Shown here piece by piece: positions 25,830 through 40,802 of a stretch of 64,000 nucleotides of DNA (position 1 is its first letter; each line of letters begins with the position of its first letter). A program made the position numbers and the translations under genes. The stretch comes from Eledone cirrhosa (lineage: Eukaryota), in the NCBI GenBank assembly GCA_964016885.1, contig OZ024742.1:48422001-48486000 (forward strand), in the 5' to 3' direction. The notes below the pieces were generated by a model. The model was not told the DNA's origin. It made no database searches and saw only the letters and a program-made list of their open reading frames with translations.

Positions 25830-27240
25830 AAAACCTGTGGCCAAAAAATAACTGGCTGGTCCCCGGTGGGGAGAAGCTGTGTCTCATGGGCAGAACGAAC
25901 TCACAAATCTTGGTTGATTATTATCCCAGAATTGGTATTTTGGACAAAAATTACCCTTGCCGGTGAAGGATAAAACGCTTAAAGAACCCCCCCCCCCCCC
26001 CCCAAAATGTCTACAGACAAAAGCACATACCGGGAGGTCTGCGTCAACCAGGGAGGATTCAGCCTAGGGTCAAATCGTCTGGAATTGAAATGAGCTCTTC
26101 TCCAAATACGGAGTCCAATGATCACGTCAACAAGAATAATCTCAACTCAAGCCCTCCAAGTTCAGTACCACAAGGAAGACAGACCTCAACGTATCAAATA
26201 GACTCGAGAAGAGTATAAAGATGTGATCTACGCATTCTATCACTCATTGGGAAAACCATTGGTATCAAAACACACAGTGAATTATTTTATAGTATGGAGG
26301 GAAAGAAATCCATAAATGAGACCATATCTGGACGAAAACACACTTGCAAATGGAAGAAGAGATTGAAACAAATGACTAACAGATGCAGAGATAAATGTAA
26401 TCAAGAAGAATGTTGAAAAAGATTTGAGAATAGCAATATCAGAAAGCGATAGAAATGAATATGTTAAAGATGTGACACAACAAACGTATTGACTGTTTTG
26501 TCACCATAAGAAATTGCACGTAGCATTGAAGATATCAGAAATACAATAGTGAAGGGTCAAGCTGAAAAACAGATTGAGAATATGGATGAGGATATTTCTA
26601 GTCATGAACACAAAAGTCAGATAAGGACAAACATAACAAGAAATTCTCAATGAACGTGGAAAAAAAAATAGTATGAGTGAAAAAGAATCTTTGCAAAATT
26701 TGACAGCAACAGCCAGAAGAAAAAGTACATAAGAACTGGAAATCATGCTGTTAAAGCAATAATTGAAGCTGAAGCCTAATATATCAGAACTGAATGAAGT
26801 TATTTATGCAGCAGCAACGGTAATAGAAAGGAAATGTGGGTTAAAGAAAAACGAACAGAAAGGGTGGATCGTGTTATCTCCGGGAGTCCGGAGCTGATAA
26901 AAAGTTATTATGTTGAAAGACACAACCGCAATGCTAAATATGTACACTGGATGCTCTGCCGCTTTCATGACATCCAAACTTCTGACTAATGGTATGTACA
27001 CCAACCAAAAACGGTGATAGAAAAGGCAACATATCCATCTTGTTGTATATGCCTGTGATAACTGACCGAGAAATCGCTGCCAACAGACCAGATATAGGTA
27101 TTTCCGTAACAGCTGACAGGAATACATGTAAAACAATGGAAAAACTGTCAAAATATAAAGACCTGGAAAAAGAGACCAACTGCATATGGAGGATGACCAC
27201 AAATACCATCCTCTTAGTCGTTAATTCTGTCTTGGATATC
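25830..27240 (+). mobile_element. R4/Dong-type element remnant, internally deleted
   Basis: 5' end and MSTDKSTYR../TREEYKDVIYAFY..W..RNP..RPYLDENTLAN homologous to 55470-54900; then ITDREIAANRPDI and EKLSKYKDLEKE (RLE); preceded by a TAA-rich tract. Confidence 0.75.
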
Positions 27241-27249
27241 CTCTAGTCC

Positions 27250-28290
27250 GTTATCTCCTCCTTCAATACAACCTTAAGCATTGCCTCGTTACTCTCAGAA
27301 ACATATTAATATAAACAGATCTTCTCCACCTGTCCTCCACGCTGATACGACTTCTCCCAGCTTCAGATCTCCTTACGTACAGTCTATCAACATCACCCTT
27401 CTTATGAAACATACTGTAGGTAGTCATTAATTTCCTTTTCTTTCTATCCATTTCTATGCATTCAAGAATTGCCACACTGTACCTAATAATAGTCGCAGCT
27501 GGGGAATATATTGCACATATGGTATACCTACTATTTAGATGCTACTTCAGCAGATTCCTTACTCTCCATATGTATTCATATTTTTTCATCAACTTCATGT
27601 TATTGTCCGGGATGTTTACTGCCTCCAAATCAGCCGAAATACTAATATCATTCTTCAGTGTAGGTCTCCTTTACCCCCTTACGCGTTGGTATCCCGATTT
27701 ATTTGCATCTCTTCAATTTACGCATATTCATCATATGAACTCCACACATATTAACACCAAATTCCATACACATATCATTGCTTAAAATATGAATAGTTTT
27801 AATAGATACACACAACTTTATATCGTCCATGAAGAGAGACAAGTGTATGAGTATACGGACAAACAATGATGGAGATAGACTATCTCCTTGGCAGAAACCT
27901 CTCTTGATTTTCACTCCTCCCAAGAATTCTGCCCGTGATGTTAATTATGTCTCCCAGTTGTCTATGCTATTACTTAATGTTGTCCGCCAACTTGAAGATT
28001 TCTAGGCACTTCGTTATCCAAGAATAAGGAATCATGTCGAATGTCTTCTTGTAATATAGCCCTTTCATGGCAAGGCCAGTATGACTCCTCTTGCAATATC
28101 TTATTATCACATTCTTAATACGTAATTATTCTTTTGTTTCAGGGGTCTTATTTCACCATCGCTTCTGTTCCTCCAGAAATAAATTGTTTATGTCGATATG
28201 GTGCTAGATTTTCTTGTTGTTGTTGTTGTTTTTATTATTCTTGGAGTCTCAGCCATTGATTTTATTTAACTGGAAAGTTTGTTCAAATGA
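27250..28290 (-). mobile_element. R4/Dong-type RT fragment
   Basis: IKRGFCQGDSLSPSLF, HLSLFMDDIKL, MDRKKRKLMT..FHKKGDVDRLYVRRSEAGR. Confidence 0.8.
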
Positions 28291-28299
28291 GCATCAAGA

Positions 28300-29160
28300 C
28301 GATACGTGCAGCCTCAGATATTCAGTACGTATCGGAGGGTTCTTGCTGTTCCCCGCAAGCATGCTTGTTGAAGGGTTCGAAAAAAGGGGACAGGACTAAT
28401 GTTTTTTAACCATACTTGAAAACTCTTTGAGATAGTACCTAGTGCTCCTATGACAATCGGGACGACTTTGATCTCATGACTGTGTCAAATCCCTTTTAAC
28501 TCCCCCTTTAAATCCTGGTATCGGTTAATTTTCTCCTCCTCCTCTCTTACATTATTGTGTGAAAGGGGCACGTTACATCTACAACTAGACACGATATTTT
28601 TTCTTTGTCAAAAACCACCAGGTCAGGCCCATTGTATTCTAATTGCTTGTTTGTCTGTATCCTGAAGTCCCATAGCACCTTCACTTGATCGTTTTCTATC
28701 ATCGACACTGGCTTATGCTTATACCACTTTTCAGGATGTGGTAAATTATTTAGTTTATATAAATGCCAGTGAGTCACCTTTATAGTAAGTCTGGGCTAGG
28801 AGTTTACACTCGGATACGATGTGAGCCACAGTCTCCTCTCTCCACAGATCCTACACAGTGAGCTAGCCTCCTCCTTGTCAATATGGTGTTTCACCCACTT
28901 CGACCTGAGGGCTTGCTCTTGTGTAGTCAATAGCATTCCTTCTGTAGCTTTTTTAATGTCTTCTTTTTTAACCAGCTCCATGTCTGTCGACCTCTGAATT
29001 CCTACTTCTTCAAGAAGGTGCTATGAAGGGAATTTTTCATGAAGGTTGTTCTTTCTCTTTGTTGTTATTTCCTCCTTGGACATCTCCTGGTCTATTGTCT
29101 TCTCCTCCAGTACAACTTTGAGCATTGGCTCCCTACTTTCGGGGATATATTTGTGCACAC
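28300..29160 (-). mobile_element. R4/Dong-type C-terminal fragment (zinc knuckle + RLE endonuclease)
   Basis: TEGMLLTTQEQAL, CRICGE, KVLWDFRIQTNKQLEYNGPD, VVPIVIGALG, ACLRGTARTLRYVL*. Confidence 0.82.
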
Positions 29161-29890
29161 TGCTTTACACATAATAACCATACAGACGTAATTCTAAAGA
29201 AATATTAATCCGTAGTATAACGACTGTAAACCCCTTTATAATATTGAATGTAAATATTACATAATATGTTTCCGAATTTCAATAAATTGAATATATTTGA
29301 ATTAGTCGAATTTCGATTTTAATGAAATTAACATACTTCAAAAATGTTAATCCATTGACGTACTAAAATTAACTTATATATATTTGATTTTAATACTTTT
29401 ATATTTACTACCAAGGAATAGTGAAAATGCTAACATTAAACACCATTAATGTGATATTTTTATCTCTCTTATACCGCTTCCCAGCCTACCAGTGATAGTG
29501 GTCGTTCGTTTATTTAAATAATGGCTTCATTTAATTCTTTCACTACTTCTAAAGCATTGGTTTGCCGTTCTTCGCTTTACTTCATTTCTCAATCTTCATA
29601 TTATGCAATTCACTTTCTCTCCCTCTTTCTGCCTTTCTCTATCTCTAATCCTCCTCTCTGTCACTCTCTTTGATATCAACTATAGTATTTTTCCTTTTTA
29701 CTTCATAATATAAATCATGATGCCGAGTATATTGTTTAAAAGCAATCTGAAATATTCCAAGTAAATAGAATAGTCGTTCCATTAAAAATGTACTGAACAC
29801 AATCTTAAATTTTGGATTCCATAACTATGCGATTAGGAATGCAATATACATAATTCCACAAAAATTAACAAACCATACTTGACTATAAAG

Positions 29891-31277
29891 GTATTACATA
29901 TTAACGGCTATTCAACTCCTGTATTTTTATAGCGGGAACGGAATACTTTTGAGCTGAATGGATTCTGCGCAGAAGAAGTCAGTAGTTGTTTCCATGACAA
30001 TGTCAGTAACTGGAGTTAAACGATTGTAAGTTAGACAATGTTTGAAGAACAATCGCTTGTCTTAAGTTCAGTACGGGTTAATATTCTTGCTACCCTGGTT
30101 CCTTCTATTTCCGAAACAAACATTTCAAAGCATGGGGCAGCTATTAAAAAATCGGCTCTACTTTTAAGTCAATCATTGTTACGTAAACCCTACAAGATAT
30201 TCTTTCTTTCATCGAGGCACAATTCTTTAAACAAGTTAAGAATAAAGATTATTGTAGTCCCCAGCCAGACTAGCGTAAATTACTTAGATATCAACCTAGA
30301 CCTTCACACACACACATTCAGATCTTTCCCAAAACACAATGAAAACTTGACTTATAGATGCAAGAACTCGTGCCACCTGCCTATTGTAAGTAAAAACTTC
30401 GTGAAAAACATCAGCACTAGGAATTTTAACAGATCGGCACAAAATAACATCACGTTAGTGAACAGCAGATTCTCTGATAACATTGAGAAATAAAAAAAAA
30501 ATAATTTGGTTCTGCCCACCCGTCACATGTGTAGTTGAAATATTGTGGGTAAGAAAGTATTATCACTCCTAGACATGCAAATACTCTATAAGGCTTAAAT
30601 ACAAGTCTATTTTTAATAGACACAGGGCGAAACTCGGATATTACTGTATTAAAATATGAAGGCTCACATCACAAAAAGCTTTGAGAGTGCTCCCTCAGTC
30701 GGATGCCCTCCTAGACGGCGAGAATCATGCAACAACAGTGTAACACACGTGCAGTCGTCTATGAGGTAAAAGTTACATCCATCCGGCAGAAACAATAGCG
30801 TTAGCTCAAGACATATGTAGGTTTGTCAGAGGACCGGTTCATAGAACGCTTCCTTAACTATGAAATGATCTTTCGACACACGGACAAGCGATCGGACCCG
30901 AAGCTGGCTAGTCGCCTATGGCCAGTCAAACGGAAAATCCTCAGAGAATGGAGACTATACGTAAATGGTTGTCAACAATAAAAGAACAAATATTGTGCAG
31001 AGGTTACATAAAAATGCTTGATTTAACACGAGAGCCGATTTTCTTATCGAATTTGTGTTGCATTATTGGACTGACTCAGGGTAACCAGAAGATTAACCCC
31101 GGCTGAACTATCACAAGAGATAGTTCTTCAAATGTTGTCTCACCTACAATAGTTAATCTGGAGTTAAAGCCATTGTCATGGAAACAAATACTCACCTTTT
31201 CAGCGCAGAATCTATGCAGCTCAAATATTCCCTCTATAATCATACACGAGGTGAATAATCCTTTTTATGTGAAACAC
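29891..31277. repeat. Diverged ~200-bp inverted repeats (29891-30097 / 31077-31277) flanking a PLE fragment
   Basis: GAGCTGAATGGATTCTGCGC..TTGTTTCCATGACAATG..TTTGAAGAAC pairs with GTTCTTCAAA..CATTGTCATGGAAACAA..GCGCAGAATCTATGCAGCTC. Confidence 0.8.
30215..30990 (+). mobile_element. Decayed PLE fragment (RT C-terminus to GIY-YIG)
   Basis: VNYLDINLDLHTHTFRSF, IIWFCPP, KYKSIFNRHRAKLGY, TYVGLSEDRFIERFLN..KLAS; homologous to 785-1760. Confidence 0.82.
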
Positions 31278-31649
31278 GTGTAATCAAGTATGGTTTTGCA
31301 ATTGTTGTGGAATTAACTCTATAACGAAATTGTCTTTTCGTCTGAGTGCTCTACCAGCTTTAGATAATCTCCCGATTTTCACTACTATATACATAATACA
31401 TTTGCAGGCAAAATCGAAAATCCCAATATTTATCGGCAATCTCCCAACCTTTTGCCAGACACGTTCACTATTTAAGGATTGAAACATCTTGGGATCAATT
31501 TCATTCTCACCTGCAACATAGAAGCTTTTTAATTGCTCTTGAAACCTCAGCCTCCGAGAAACTGTCATTACACACTGATGCATCTCGTATACATCAGCAT
31601 ATACTATTGCGACACACCTTTCTAATGAAAAACAAATAGCGTCTTCTCT

Positions 31650-32500
31650 GAATTTTAGATATTATAGTATCCGCTTACCTAGTCCTGATTTCCTTATCCG
31701 CGAACGCTTCCCAATGTATTCTGTAGGTTGAACGGGACCTGCCATTTTCATGGAATTCCTTGGCTCTAGCTGAAGCTGCAGATAACTAACTGGTGCTCAG
31801 TTGATAGTTTATTCTCTCTTTCCATACGAAGATCCAGCACAGAATCGAAGAGATCAGAGATAATGACAAAATTAATTATTGATATCTGTGCCTTATCCCT
31901 TTTATAATATGCATATTAATGCCTGTCTTTGTCCTGGAAGAAGGTTTCCATAATAGACAGTCCTTTACTTGAGCAGAAATCTAATAGCTTTTCCTGTTTG
32001 TATTTAGTTTTGGAAGACCGTTCCTACCAGTCAATCCTCTGAATGTCAGATGGTCAGTGCAAATATGTGCATTGAAGCATCCCATGAGAGTATGTCTCAG
32101 AATTAATGGCATCTAAGGCTGCTGTGCTTTCAGAAAAGAAGGATCTCTATTGGGACTCTTTGTTTGGCACATACATTCTTCCAATCACATACACATGTCT
32201 TTCAGACTAAGCTTTAAGGGGTTAATCCTCCATTCCAACGAGATTCAGTCCTTAACACATTCTGATTGCCGGTGTGTTGTCAGTATCCTTACTTTTCCAT
32301 GTGTAGTTCTTTCTTGCGACACGCTTGAATAGTGGAGCTTCCATTCTCCATCCAAATCCACAGCACCAGAACCACAGAATATTGTTGAAGAAACTCCGAC
32401 TACATGTAGCCGGTAGTATCTAGCCCATTCCACTAATTCTTAATACTTACCAGTAAGGCTTATTATGTTTAAGATTCCAAAGTTTATGGTTTCCTACCTT
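31650..32500 (-). mobile_element. RTE-clade LINE AP-endonuclease remnant
   Basis: NFGILNIISLTGK..ELVE..YRLHVVGVSST..GSG..LDGEWKLHYS; later DFCSSKGLSIMETFF. Confidence 0.72.
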
Positions 32501-33434
32501 CCGAACCCTTTTTGGGGTCTCGGGATACGAAATCTTTTTTCGTCCATCCTACGCCTCACAGGAAAGATCGCAGGCTCATCGGCAGGTTCACAGCATGAGA
32601 TAGAGACTGCAATATATATTTGGATCAGGCTCCTCTATGCAAGGCTATAACGCACCCCTTGTTAACTGGCGCGAAGGATGATGCGGTCTGAGTGTCTTGT
32701 TGCCTCTCACCATATTGCAGTTTTGGTGGTCTTATTTGCGACAGTCACAAAACTGGTAATTTATACTAACCTGCAAATAATGAGGACATTGTGTATGAAT
32801 AGTAACACGTTGGCTTAACTCCAAACTACCACGGATTTCAAGAAGTAAATACTTTAAAACACCAGCAACACCATTACGAATACTACTTACAATACATCTA
32901 CAAAATCACTTCCAACTACACTAATAAATCTACCAATGCCCCGACAACCACAACTACCAACAACAATAATAACACCAACAACACTACTAATACTATCACC
33001 AACACAACTACCAAATCCATTACCAGCTGCAAAAATTACAAAACTGTGAGCAGTAAAAAGATTAACAATTATAGGAAGCCAGCTGCAGTTCATTAAAAGG
33101 AACCAAGCTACATTTTCGATATATTTTGATTCTAACACGCCTGACTGCTAACGTTAAGTATGTCTGTTTGTGTGAGTATGTGTGTATGTATGTGTGTGTG
33201 TGTGTGCTTGTTTATTTAATTATGTATATGTGTCTATTTGTGTGCATGTGTGTGTATGTGTCACAGCCCAAAACCTTTGTCTGAGCCGTATAAAATGCAG
33301 CTGGTTTGCAGACATTGCCATCTTTACATTTTCACCATGCTACTAACAATCTTACACTTAGCACTATCATCATCATCGCAAAGTAAAATATGATAACTCT
33401 CCTGTTCCTCATCTTCACCTTTATTTGGATCATA

Positions 33435-33870
33435 CTCCTCTCTTCCTCCTCCTCCCCCTCCTCCTCCTCCTCCTCCTCCTCCTCATCATCATCATCATCA
33501 TCCTCATCAAGGTCATCCTCATCAACGTCATCATCATCATCCTAATCATCATTATCGTCATAATCAACACCATCATCAATATTATCATTGTCGTCTTCAT
33601 TACAATCTTTCAATTAGTTTACTGTGGTAATCAACATCATCATCACCATCCTCCTCCCCCTCATCATCGTCATCATCATCATCGTCATCATCATCATCAT
33701 CATCACCATCAGAACCATCATCATCATCATTCTCATAATTATCATCATATTCACCATCATCATCATCATCATCCTCAACATCATTATCTTCATCGATGAC
33801 ATCATCGCTACCATCATGTACGTCGTGGTTGAAGTCACCATCATCATCACCATGAACATCATCAACAGCA
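33435..33870. repeat. (CCT)n/(CAT)n degenerate trinucleotide tract
   Basis: Read directly; source of the poly-His/Ile/Met ORFs. Confidence 0.93.
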
Positions 33871-34240
33871 GAATCAACAGCACTAAATAAATATTAGCAC
33901 TAACATTTCATTCTCCACTGTAACATTCGGTACAATTAACACTCACCATGCTAATATTAATACACTATTATATGACTGTGTATATACACGTGAGTGCGTG
34001 TTTACAATGAAACATACTAGCATCAATTGTCAATTGAGAAAATATGGGAGTACCTATGAAGTTGCTCAATATGCTGAAAATAACATTCAAAACTCCCTTA
34101 AGCCATATTTATATAAGCTTAACGTCCTGGAAATTAATTGAGCGTTAATCGATTCAACAAGACGTATATCTCGTAACAGCTACAGCAATTATAATACTAC
34201 AGGCTTGTATAATTCAGCACTACTTCCACCACAGTTACAA

Positions 34241-34440
34241 ATAACAGTTTCTAATTTAAACACCACGCCAGTAATCTGGGGTGAGGGTTGGGGGTTTAGG
34301 AAAATCGATTCAACGACCCCCAGTACTTGTCAGATACTTTATTTTATCGACCAGGGAAGGGTGAATGGCAAAAGCAAATTCGGCTGGATGTAAGCTCAGA
34401 CTTCAGGCTGCTTAGCATCTAGTCGGTCACAATTTTGCAA
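34241..34440 (-). mobile_element. SINE copy, degenerate
   Basis: TTTCTAATTTAAACACCACGCCAG..ATCGATTCAACGACCCCCAGTACTTG..TACTTTATTTTATCGACC..GAATGGCAAAAGC. Confidence 0.75.
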
Positions 34441-34869
34441 ATCCATACTAGTATTACAAAAGAAAATTGATGACAATATTTGCTAGCATTACAAACAAAG
34501 GCCACTGCAACCCCTAATTAAATACCAGCAGCAAGGCACCATTTTTACTACATTGGGTATATCAGCCAGCAAATTTGTTACAATAAGCATGTGCAGATAT
34601 TCAACCTAACTCTGCCGTTAATTTATTTTATTTGCCCGTGATGTGGCGGAGGAGTGACTACTTTGATAGAACATTGGGATGAAGTTTCTAGTGGCATTAC
34701 GTTAATTTATTTCACAATCGCGTATCTGATAGTAACGGTGTCAATAAATTAAATTACAAGTCACGTAATGAGAATCGATCTGTTAGTCATAACATTCACC
34801 AAAGTGAGTAGCTTTTTGTCTATGATGGCAAATCCATATTTATGTGTATGAAAAAATTAAATAGCTTGC

Positions 34870-35369
<500 letters not shown>

Positions 35370-35841
35370 ATGTTTCTGTGTTTCTGTCATTACTCTACGA
35401 TATGAATTACTTACAGCATAAATCTTTTTCTAATAATCTTGTAGCAACATAATTATTTTCAATAATTGAATTATATACGCATCTAAAGTTGTGTTTTGAA
35501 TATATTTATTAATTTTTTAAAAACTATTTATTATTTTTTCTAATTTAACTTCACATTAATAAAGAAGCGTATTTGTAAGGAAAGGAAAATTATTTAACCT
35601 GTTGGCAATTTCAGTGTTTTTAGTCCTAAATTATCTAATATACAATAACTATTATCCAACGTTTGTTTTCTTTTCTATTCATTATTGCAGCACAACTAAC
35701 ACATCCTTTATGTATTACAGATTTGTTCATCTAATTATCTACAGCATTGTTTCATTTTTAAGACTTCTTTTAATTTATTTTTTTTATTTATTTTTTTTTT
35801 CTGAAATTTTTGTATGATGCGATATAATCTGATACATATCA

Positions 35842-36020
<179 letters not shown>

Positions 36021-36798
36021 TTCAAAACAACGAACAGCGGAGGACACGTTTCGCACCTTTCCGGCAGACAACCTCCCCCCCTCGGAAAAAAACCCACTTG
36101 ATGGATGTGAATCTGAAATATATAGGGACAATTAAATCTCTCCCAAGGTAACTCTTTCTCGTGTTATTTTTATGTTTATCCTTTACGCTCTTTCCTTCAT
36201 TCCTCTACACGTTACAGTCTTATACACGCCACGCATCTCAAAGTATACCCACTTACATCTCTCTCTCCACCACCGGATCTTGTTACCCGGAGATTTACCC
36301 ATCTGCATTGTCGAAGAAATTTACCATATATATATAATACATATATGTATGTGCATATATGAATAAATATATGTGCATATGCGTGTGTACACCCACAAAA
36401 ACACACACACAAATACACACACATATATTTGTATATAAATGTGGACGAAGGCGACGGAAATTATGACGAAATACTGAACTGTCCCCTCTGCTGGAGGTTG
36501 TCGTGGTTTTGGTAACACATGGACACGATTCAGCATAATTGATATTCCGACCATTTACAAATAAAATAAAATTTGCTACAAATCAATGTGCAACATGAAA
36601 GAAGAGATAGAAAGTATGCCGAGACGGAAAGTTAGAAAGAGCAGCTCGAAAAAACAGAAGACCTATAAATACAAACAGGACACAGAAAGAGGAAAGACAG
36701 TGAGTGATAAAATGGAAATGTAAATTTTAAGTTAATATCAACTTGAAAATACTCTATGAAGACCAGCAAAGATATGTTGGGATTATTGAACAGAAATG

Positions 36799-36896
<98 letters not shown>

Positions 36897-37069
36897 TAAA
36901 AATGGCTATGTATGCCACGGAATTTACACGTGTGTTTTTGTACAATAATTGTTTCTACTTTTGGCACAAGGCCAGCAATTACCCAGTGAATGTACAATAA
37001 TAGTATTCGAATAGAATTACCTATCCCATCATGAGTCGAACAGTATACATGAGATAAAGTGTGGAGCGT

Positions 37070-37420
37070 GCTGATGTAGTGCCATTCAAATGACCAAATC
37101 ATCGCTTCCACACCACCAGGATCCATGACTGCAAGAAAATAGATGACATCGGAGGCAACGGAATACTTCGTGGGCTCTCTAAGGTACGCAGATATAGTAG
37201 ATCATGCACGGAGCAATAAAAGGGTCCTTGGATATTACCATTTAAGACCATACTACGACATGAATCGGAAGGAAAGAAGGGATATAGTGGTCGAACAGTT
37301 CAAGATGGAGGATGTGAGAAGTCGCCATGAGGATTTTGTGCAATGCGACCAATAGGGACAGTGGGTGACTTGGGAGGAGTTTGCGTCTGAGGAGAGGATC
37401 GGATAGAGGACTTGTGGTCA
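37070..37420 (+). mobile_element. R2-group (Hero/NeSL-like) non-LTR fragment, post-RT region
   Basis: SNDQII..TARK*..EA..SLRYADIV..NKRVLG..ERRDIV..Q*GQWVTWE resembles the TGRKW..L...DIVG..R.GLG..QGQW..W pattern I recall for this group. Confidence 0.55.
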
Positions 37421-37792
37421 TGAGAACGATGGCACAAAACGGAAGGGGATCTAAGACGTTTCAGTTTGTCTGCACGGAAAATGTCATTGTCCCCATATAA
37501 CCACCAAGAGACACATCAGGTGTTGCAGGGTAAGGAAGTTAGAGAAAATGGAGTAGCGTACTTTCTTTTGGGAAGGGAACATTGATGATTCATTCAACGT
37601 ATGCTCGAAGCTAAATCCAAATTCTATTATCTTATAAGTTGCGCCAACTTATACAGCTTCATATGCAAATGAGATTAATCACCTCATTTATACAGAAGAA
37701 AAAACTATATATTCTCGCATGTTTTCAAAATACAGCAGTTGGATGTATATAATAGAAACACACACACACATATATATACATATATATATATA

Positions 37793-37861
<69 letters not shown>

Positions 37862-37897
37862 TGAAAGTTCAGATTGCCAAATGCTCTGATATCTTAC

Positions 37898-38011
37898 AAT
37901 TGAAATCCTCCAAGGATCCTTCAATATTTCAGAATATTTCGCTTTACATTGAGTACATTGTATGTATGCTTCATATATATATATATTTGAATCTGAAGTA
38001 TAGATTTCAAG
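37898..38011 (-). CDS. Candidate 114-nt exon of an unknown gene or pseudogene
   Basis: TTTTATTCCGCAG acceptor, open phase-0 frame LEIYTSDSNIYIYEAYIQCTQCKAKYSEILKDPWRISI, GTAAGA donor; no recognised homology. Confidence 0.2.
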
Positions 38012-40534
38012 CTGCGGAATAAAATAATGTAACATTTCTGGTTCTATCTTTTCTACAACTCACTTTCTCTAAGTCTATATATATCATTCTTTCTTCACTA
38101 TCTCGTTCATGACTCTCACTCTTTTTGGGTTATATTTTCTCTCGCCCATACATCCATAGGAGGTTCACTAATATATCTTTGTTTATACGTTGACAATAGC
38201 AGCTGCATCCTAGCCATTAGTACTTGATAAATGTGTATGTATTACATAGTTATTAATAGTTTCAAGATGTTTACTAGCGGGGAAGATTGAAGAATTATTT
38301 AAGAAGACATCTGCATACACTTCAAAGAAGCGCCTATCACTATCAGATGCCATCTGAAATCGTCGACTGAATTCATGTCGGAAGTAGAATTTATTTAGAT
38401 ATCCATATTGTATTACTCTCCTGCACTTCTTCATATCAGGTTCGTCTGAATTCCATCAGTAATCTGACAGTGAAAACTATTTTCAGACTAAACATCTTAT
38501 GATGTGTGTTTGAATTAAAACACGACACGAACTCAGCAAAACCATTTGATGGGACAGAATGCTTAATTTCTAATTTGCCTTCTAAATACCATCACCTATA
38601 AATTATTAATTTAAAAGAAACATCAACATCATAAAAATAATCATAAAGATCCCAACAACCAATCAGCTTTATAAGTGAGATTTCTGCGAATGACACACAA
38701 TATATTGCATTAATAAACAACAGTATTATAAAACACAAACCTTTTAGCGCCGTTTTAATGGTATTTTTGTTATCCATAAGTAACAGTAAACTACATTAAT
38801 AACTATTAAAGGACAGAACTTAAACATTTATTTCCACTGGCAAACCACCAAATATCGTGATTAATATTTTTTCTTTGTAATGTAGATATTCGGAAGTATA
38901 AATATTTATATGTAATTGATATAGTTCTGAGAGGTACACTTAGATATGTAGACATATATTATAAAATATATACCTATTTCATATGATTACATTTGTTCTT
39001 GCTATGTCTTGTAAACGGGTATTTACTAAGATTTTTATGTCGGTTTCCATCCATACTTATATAAGACAGTTTCGTACGTAAGTATCGTTGTACGTAGATC
39101 TTCTCTGTGTTCATTCGACATATATTCTTAAGTTTGCTAAGTGTTTCGACTGTGTATCATATTTCTTCCATTTGATTTTTGTTTTTACCGCAGATAGTTA
39201 AGCCGTTCATTTGATATTCACACTAATTATTCCCCTAACCATTTTGATGGAGACTTTTCATCATCATAAATTTCTGGAAAAACTTGCGACTGCAATGCTG
39301 ACAAATTTAAATTTTACTCAATTTGAGTTAACTCCATTACAAAACAGTAATCTAATTTCAAACGTGAGTCATTGATTTCTCTATTGCGGGATCGGTTAAA
39401 ATAGCTCTGTGTATTGTAGAAATAGCTACACGTATAAGCGAAAAATTCTGAAATTTTTGTGTGTGTGTTAGCGTCTAATTTATAGGTATTTCAACGGAGA
39501 ATTTAAGAATTGTCATATATATTTATCATTTATCGTCTTCATTTATTAAATCTGATTTAATGCATTTATATGATTAATTATAGTTCATTTTGTCAAAAAT
39601 GGAGTTTCCTGCGTTGCATATGGTTTGTTGTAACTGTATTACATGTCTGAGGCATTTTGTTACCATAATCGTCGATATTTAAACTAACACAAACAAGGAG
39701 AAAAGCAAATGTGACTGCGGCCGTAAAATAAACGAAGAACACTAAAGGAAATATTATTTGACATACTAATCAGTCGTTAAGTTACACTATATCTGTCTCT
39801 CAGTTTCTTAGGTTTCATTTTACTTGTTTCCATCGGACTCTCCAAATTTCTATTCTGAAACTGGACAAACAATGACATGAAAGCCTATATTGTTTTATAC
39901 ACCACTCTGTAAATTGCATGATTTGTTTCAGAGTGAATATGTTATTCATTGTAGATGATATTATTCATTCTAGTTGGTAAATTGGCATAGAACTTATTGT
40001 TAGATCTCATTGCAATACTCGTTCCGGTCCTCCTCCCTCCTACCGAGGTCAACCATGTCTTTTATCCTTTCAAGGTCGATACACAGTGAACAAGTACAGT
40101 ATATGATTGTTTTTATATTATTGCTTTTTTCCAATCCTCTATGTTTTGTGCTTGTTTTCTCACCAATTTCTCTGGAAGAATTTGACGGTGTTCATACCTG
40201 GTGAATTGATGTGCCACCAGGTTTGACGTGCCTTAATCACGCTGTATTTCACTATGGCACCCTTTCAAACTCATCGGGAGTTACGGGCTCATGCATAAAA
40301 ACGGATTATTCATTCGAGCTAGTGACTGTTATAATTGACAACATAAAATATAGAGAGAGTAACACAAACTTTCGTTTGTGTTACGTACATTTTAACTTTG
40401 TTGTTTAATATTACATTGTTACTTCCCTCCGTCTTAAAATAAGCCGATGACATTTCTTGTCAATAAGGGGCGGAATTTGGTCTTAGAAATCATCACCCCA
40501 CCTTTTATATATATATATATGTGTATATATATAT

Positions 40535-40621
<87 letters not shown>

Positions 40622-40756
40622 AGTATTTTTAAAATAGCGAGAGTGTTTGAAATTAGAAATGGAAGCTTTCGCCATATTTATTTTACTAAAGAAGGTTTAG
40701 CCTTCTAGTGGGTTTTAGAACCCTCTAAGAAATGGAAAAAAGATGAGTATTGATGT

Positions 40757-40802
<46 letters not shown>

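Noticed and set aside
33425-33890. Poly-His/Ile/Met proteins
   Set aside because: (CAT)n repeat translation artefacts.
36036-36085. Minus-strand GAAACGUGUC hammerhead half next to a microsatellite
   Set aside because: No CUGANGA box at a usable position.
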